From positions 64,001 to 128,000 of the forward strand of contig JAEOTA010000086.1 in assembly GCA_016840085.1 (NCBI GenBank): DNA of 64,000 nt. The letters are read 5' to 3'. The position numbers and the translations under genes are program-made. The notes under the pieces are model-generated. The model searched no databases, was not told the origin of the DNA, and worked only from the letters and a program-made list of their open reading frames with translations. This document shows, piece after piece, positions 60,820 to 64,000 of this stretch (position 1 is its first letter; each line of letters opens with the position of its first letter). The DNA is from Promethearchaeota archaeon. Its GTDB lineage: Archaea > Asgardarchaeota > Lokiarchaeia > Sigyniarchaeales > SOKP01.

Positions 60820-62088
60820 ATGTTCACAAAAATTAAACGTATATATAACGAATACCCCAAAGCGTTTAAAGTGCTGACTCTCGCCACTTTCATTGACATG
60901 CTAGGATCATTTTTATTGTATCCTTTTTACGCACTGTATATAACCGAGCATTTTGGGGTAGGGATGATTCAAGTAGGATTCCTATTTTCGATCTTTTCGG
61001 CAGGAAATATATTTGGTAGTATAATCGGAGGAGCTTTAGCCGATAAATATGGTCGTCGTGCGATGGTCATAATTGGGTTGGTTGCAAGTGGGATAGGAAG
61101 CATCCTAATGGGAATAGTCAATAATCTGAATATTTTTTACATAATCGCTGGACTTTTAGGTTTAGTAGGCAATTTTGGAGGTCCAGCACGACAAGCAATG
61201 GTAGCCGATTTACTTCCAAAGGAAAAACAAGCAGAAGGATTTGGAATTCTACGCGTGGCATTTAATCTTTCAGCAGTGATTGGTCCTCTTCTTGGTGGAT
61301 TTATAGTAACCCAATCCTATATGTTATTATTTATTGCGGATGCTGTGAGTAGCATAATTACTGCTGTTATTGTGTATGTTGTTATTCCAGAGACGAAACC
61401 TCAAATACAGGATGATCACTCAGAAGAAACAGTAATGAAAACTATTATTGGATACAAAGATGTGGTAAAGGATTGGAAATTTATGTTATTTCTATCTGTG
61501 TCCGCTATAACGGTTTTAGTATATATGCAAATGAATAGTACACTATCAGTATTCTTACGGGATGTTCATGGGTTCCCCGTGCAAGGCTTTGCTTTGTTGT
61601 TAAGTATGAATGCACTGATGGTAGTATTATTTCAATTCTGGATAACTAGGAAGATTTCAAAGTATGCTCCCATGAAGATGATGGCCTTTGGAGCTATGTT
61701 TCTTATGATTGGTTTTGGTATGTATGGTTTTATTTCTGAGCCATACCTGTTTTTCATCGCTATGGTTATTATTACAGTGGGGGAAATGATTGTATTCCCT
61801 ATTGGACAAGTTGCAGCTGCATCTTTTGCTCCTGAAGATAAACGAGGACGGTATATGGCAGTGTTTGCTTTTCAATGGGCGATCCCGAACCTGTTTGGAG
61901 TTTTAGCCGCTGGATTAATTATGGAGTATATTGGACCAAATTGGGTATGGTATTTAGCTGGTTTTCTATCTCTGATTTCAATAATAGGGTTTTGGCTGCT
62001 TCATGGGATCTCTAAGGAACGTTTTTCAAAAGAAAAAAAATCCATGAAAGAAGAATTTCTTGAATGTACCGTTCCTTCAATCGAATGA
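60820..62088 (+). CDS. MFS transporter (drug:H+ antiporter-like)
   Basis: GGALADKYGRR, about 12 TM helices, APEDKRGRY. Confidence 0.93.
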   Translation: MFTKIKRIYNEYPKAFKVLTLATFIDMLGSFLLYPFYALYITEHFGVGMIQVGFLFSIFSAGNIFGSIIGGALADKYGRRAMVIIGLVASGIGSILMGIVNNLNIFYIIAGLLGLVGNFGGPARQAMVADLLPKEKQAEGFGILRVAFNLSAVIGPLLGGFIVTQSYMLLFIADAVSSIITAVIVYVVIPETKPQIQDDHSEETVMKTIIGYKDVVKDWKFMLFLSVSAITVLVYMQMNSTLSVFLRDVHGFPVQGFALLLSMNALMVVLFQFWITRKISKYAPMKMMAFGAMFLMIGFGMYGFISEPYLFFIAMVIITVGEMIVFPIGQVAAASFAPEDKRGRYMAVFAFQWAIPNLFGVLAAGLIMEYIGPNWVWYLAGFLSLISIIGFWLLHGISKERFSKEKKSMKEEFLECTVPSIE

Positions 62089-62164
62089 GAGATTTTATAT
62101 TTTTTTTCTTATTAATAATTATGCATTTAATAACGAGTTAAGAGTTAAAATTTAATATTAATGA

Positions 62165-62187
62165 TCGTGAAACGCATAATTTCACGA
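62165..62187. terminator. hairpin between convergent genes
   Basis: TCGTGAAA-N7-TTTCACGA. Confidence 0.4.
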
Positions 62188-62212
62188 AGATTTATATTAA
62201 AAAATTTATTCT

Positions 62213-63364
62213 TTAATTCTCAACCTCAAATACAATCTTAAGATATTCATACTTGGAATTAAGTAATTTTAGAACCCTTGCAGCAAAAATCTTTAGATTC
62301 TTTACGTGAAGGCTTTTATCATCTTTCTGTTCAAGTAGAAACTCATGTATCATGTTTCTAGTAGCATCAGGACCATTTTTTTCAAGATATTCCAACCAAT
62401 GAATTGATTTTCTACAAATCCTTTTTAAACTGTCATCGGGATATTCCTTTTTATTTAAGATTTTCTCATGATATTTACTTATAGCATTACTAACTTTTTC
62501 TAAATAATCAGCAATACCCAATGAATATCTACACAGACTAATTAGATTTGAAGTAATTCTAGTGTTTCTAGTATTAGTTGCTGCTTCAAAAGAAACCCAA
62601 GCATCATTCCACTCGTCCGTATTTTTACTTGATAAGCCATCATTATGTAAGGCTACATTAATCATATCACTCAGATCTACATCGTGACCTCTTTTTATTT
62701 TTTTATTAAAAATCTCTCCGAGCTTTGTTCCTTCTAGGTAACTCCCCGCTCCAAAATCGAGTAATTGATTCAGGTTATTTGCCGCACAAAGTGCTTCATA
62801 TCTCACTTCACCGGTATCGAGATTAATCCATTCCACTTTTTTTTCCCATTCACCAGTTTCTTTATTCTTTATCCAACCCATTTGCCTTAAAACGTGGTCC
62901 AACAAATGGATTTGAAAAGTCCAAAAATCAATGTCATCAGTGAATCTTTTTCTTCTCCAATCTCTAGTTGTATATTTTGCTAAATACAATTTCAGAGTTC
63001 CACGAACTAACCCAAATTTTCCATCCTTTAGTGTTTCACAAGCATCTTTATAATAAACATTATCGGGGTCTTTCGAAATTCCAACTATTCTATTAATTAT
63101 TTTTCTAGCTTCTCTGGCAACAATATCGCATGGAATAATCCCATCAGATGGATAAGCTCTTGATCCTCCATCTAAAAACTTTTTAAACAATTCAAAGTCA
63201 TTTTCAGGGATATTATACCAGGGATTATTAAATATAATCTTACTGAATACATAATGAGAGCAACCAAATTCATCCACTTCAGTTTTATCATATAAAGGAG
63301 AAACATCTCTTAATTGATCTCCTTTATGGACAGCATCAGCTTTAATATCCCAAATTGTATTCAT
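62213..63364 (-). CDS. hypothetical protein with a nucleotidyltransferase-like (AbiEii/pol-beta) motif
   Basis: GTLKLYL...RFTDDIDF; KIKRGHDVDLSD. Confidence 0.55.
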   Translation of the reverse strand: MNTIWDIKADAVHKGDQLRDVSPLYDKTEVDEFGCSHYVFSKIIFNNPWYNIPENDFELFKKFLDGGSRAYPSDGIIPCDIVAREARKIINRIVGISKDPDNVYYKDACETLKDGKFGLVRGTLKLYLAKYTTRDWRRKRFTDDIDFWTFQIHLLDHVLRQMGWIKNKETGEWEKKVEWINLDTGEVRYEALCAANNLNQLLDFGAGSYLEGTKLGEIFNKKIKRGHDVDLSDMINVALHNDGLSSKNTDEWNDAWVSFEAATNTRNTRITSNLISLCRYSLGIADYLEKVSNAISKYHEKILNKKEYPDDSLKRICRKSIHWLEYLEKNGPDATRNMIHEFLLEQKDDKSLHVKNLKIFAARVLKLLNSKYEYLKIVFEVEN

Positions 63365-63451
63365 ACCAAATATAATATTGAATGCAGACTTTAAATATTT
63401 TCAATTATATATAATAAGAGATTTTTTATTAATTGACTCTATAGGTATTAT

Positions 63452-64000
63452 ATGACTGATTTTTTTACTGTGTTTGCATTAACTGATGCTTGGGATAATC
63501 TTAAAACATCTGAATTAACTAAAATACGAGTTATGTCCTTGAAAAGTATTTTTAAAACATATCCTGTTATAGAACCTGTCTTTTTTGACGACCTTAGCTC
63601 AAATGTGAATAATAATCATCATTATTCTTGGATTCAGAGCATAAAAAGAATAGTGGGTCCATCCAATAATGATTATGATATTCAAAATTGGAATTTCTTA
63701 TGGGCTTTTGATGTTCAAAATAGAATGTTTCAATTCTTATTTCAAAAAGAAGACGAGCAAGGAATTTTAGCAGGTATTGCTCCGCCAGAATTAGCTAAAT
63801 TATTTTCTGAGCATGGTAAAGAAGCGATATTACGAACACTCACTTTATTAAATAATCCTTCAAAGATAAAATTTTTAATGATACTTGCCCCTAAAGGGAA
63901 GTCTATTGCCCAAGAAAGACAGCTCTTCCAATTGAGTACACAACAATATGACAGAATTAAATTTATCGATATGTTAAGAAAACAACCTAATATTTCGGGT
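63452..64000 (+). CDS. hypothetical protein, 3'-truncated by window edge
   Basis: ATG 63452, MTDFFTVFALTDAWDNLK..., open as far as read toward the window end. Confidence 0.7.
   Translation, partial: MTDFFTVFALTDAWDNLKTSELTKIRVMSLKSIFKTYPVIEPVFFDDLSSNVNNNHHYSWIQSIKRIVGPSNNDYDIQNWNFLWAFDVQNRMFQFLFQKEDEQGILAGIAPPELAKLFSEHGKEAILRTLTLLNNPSKIKFLMILAPKGKSIAQERQLFQLSTQQYDRIKFIDMLRKQPNISG

Noticed and set aside
762-61875. Numerous short antisense ORFs in the track (e.g. 762..992, 7507..7698, 38790..39173, 51337..51612, 56171..56578)
   Set aside because: They are shadows of well-supported genes on the opposite strand and have no recognisable motifs.
1-64000. CRISPR arrays, rRNA genes, transposases/integrases, C/D box sRNAs near nop5-fibrillarin
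   Set aside because: No regularly spaced repeats, rRNA-like GC-rich tracts, recombinase motifs or convincing RUGAUGA...CUGA pairs were seen by eye.

Overview
AT-rich archaeal chromosomal window whose gene content (profilin-like protein, Rab-like GTPase, AN1-finger membrane proteases, GatDE, fibrillarin/Nop5, proteasome-exosome superoperon) points to an Asgard archaeon, most likely Lokiarchaeia (inference, not a database result). Most of it is housekeeping: translation, RNA processing and modification, pyrimidine synthesis, POR, PFK, an ECF transporter and four tRNAs, two with introns. The main observation is a 30-nt stop-containing insertion inside the catalytic DEAGR-G motif of the RNase HII gene (12533-12562). 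It folds as a relaxed bulge-helix-bulge (BHB) with the same 1+9+5+9+4+2 nt geometry as the T-loop intron of tRNA-Val in this window, and cutting at the canonical BHB positions restores the conserved protein. It is therefore a candidate tRNA-type intron in an Asgard mRNA. Other notable items: an operon with an AAA+ ATPase, a catalytically degenerate hinge-less SMC-like protein and a kite-like protein; several genes that apparently need ATA/ATT/GTA starts, including a profilin-like gene missed by the ORF track; an AN1-rhomboid pseudoprotease; a duplicated pyrK 3' end flanking a GTPase-HTH gene; and tandem RHH-HisKA-REC regulators.
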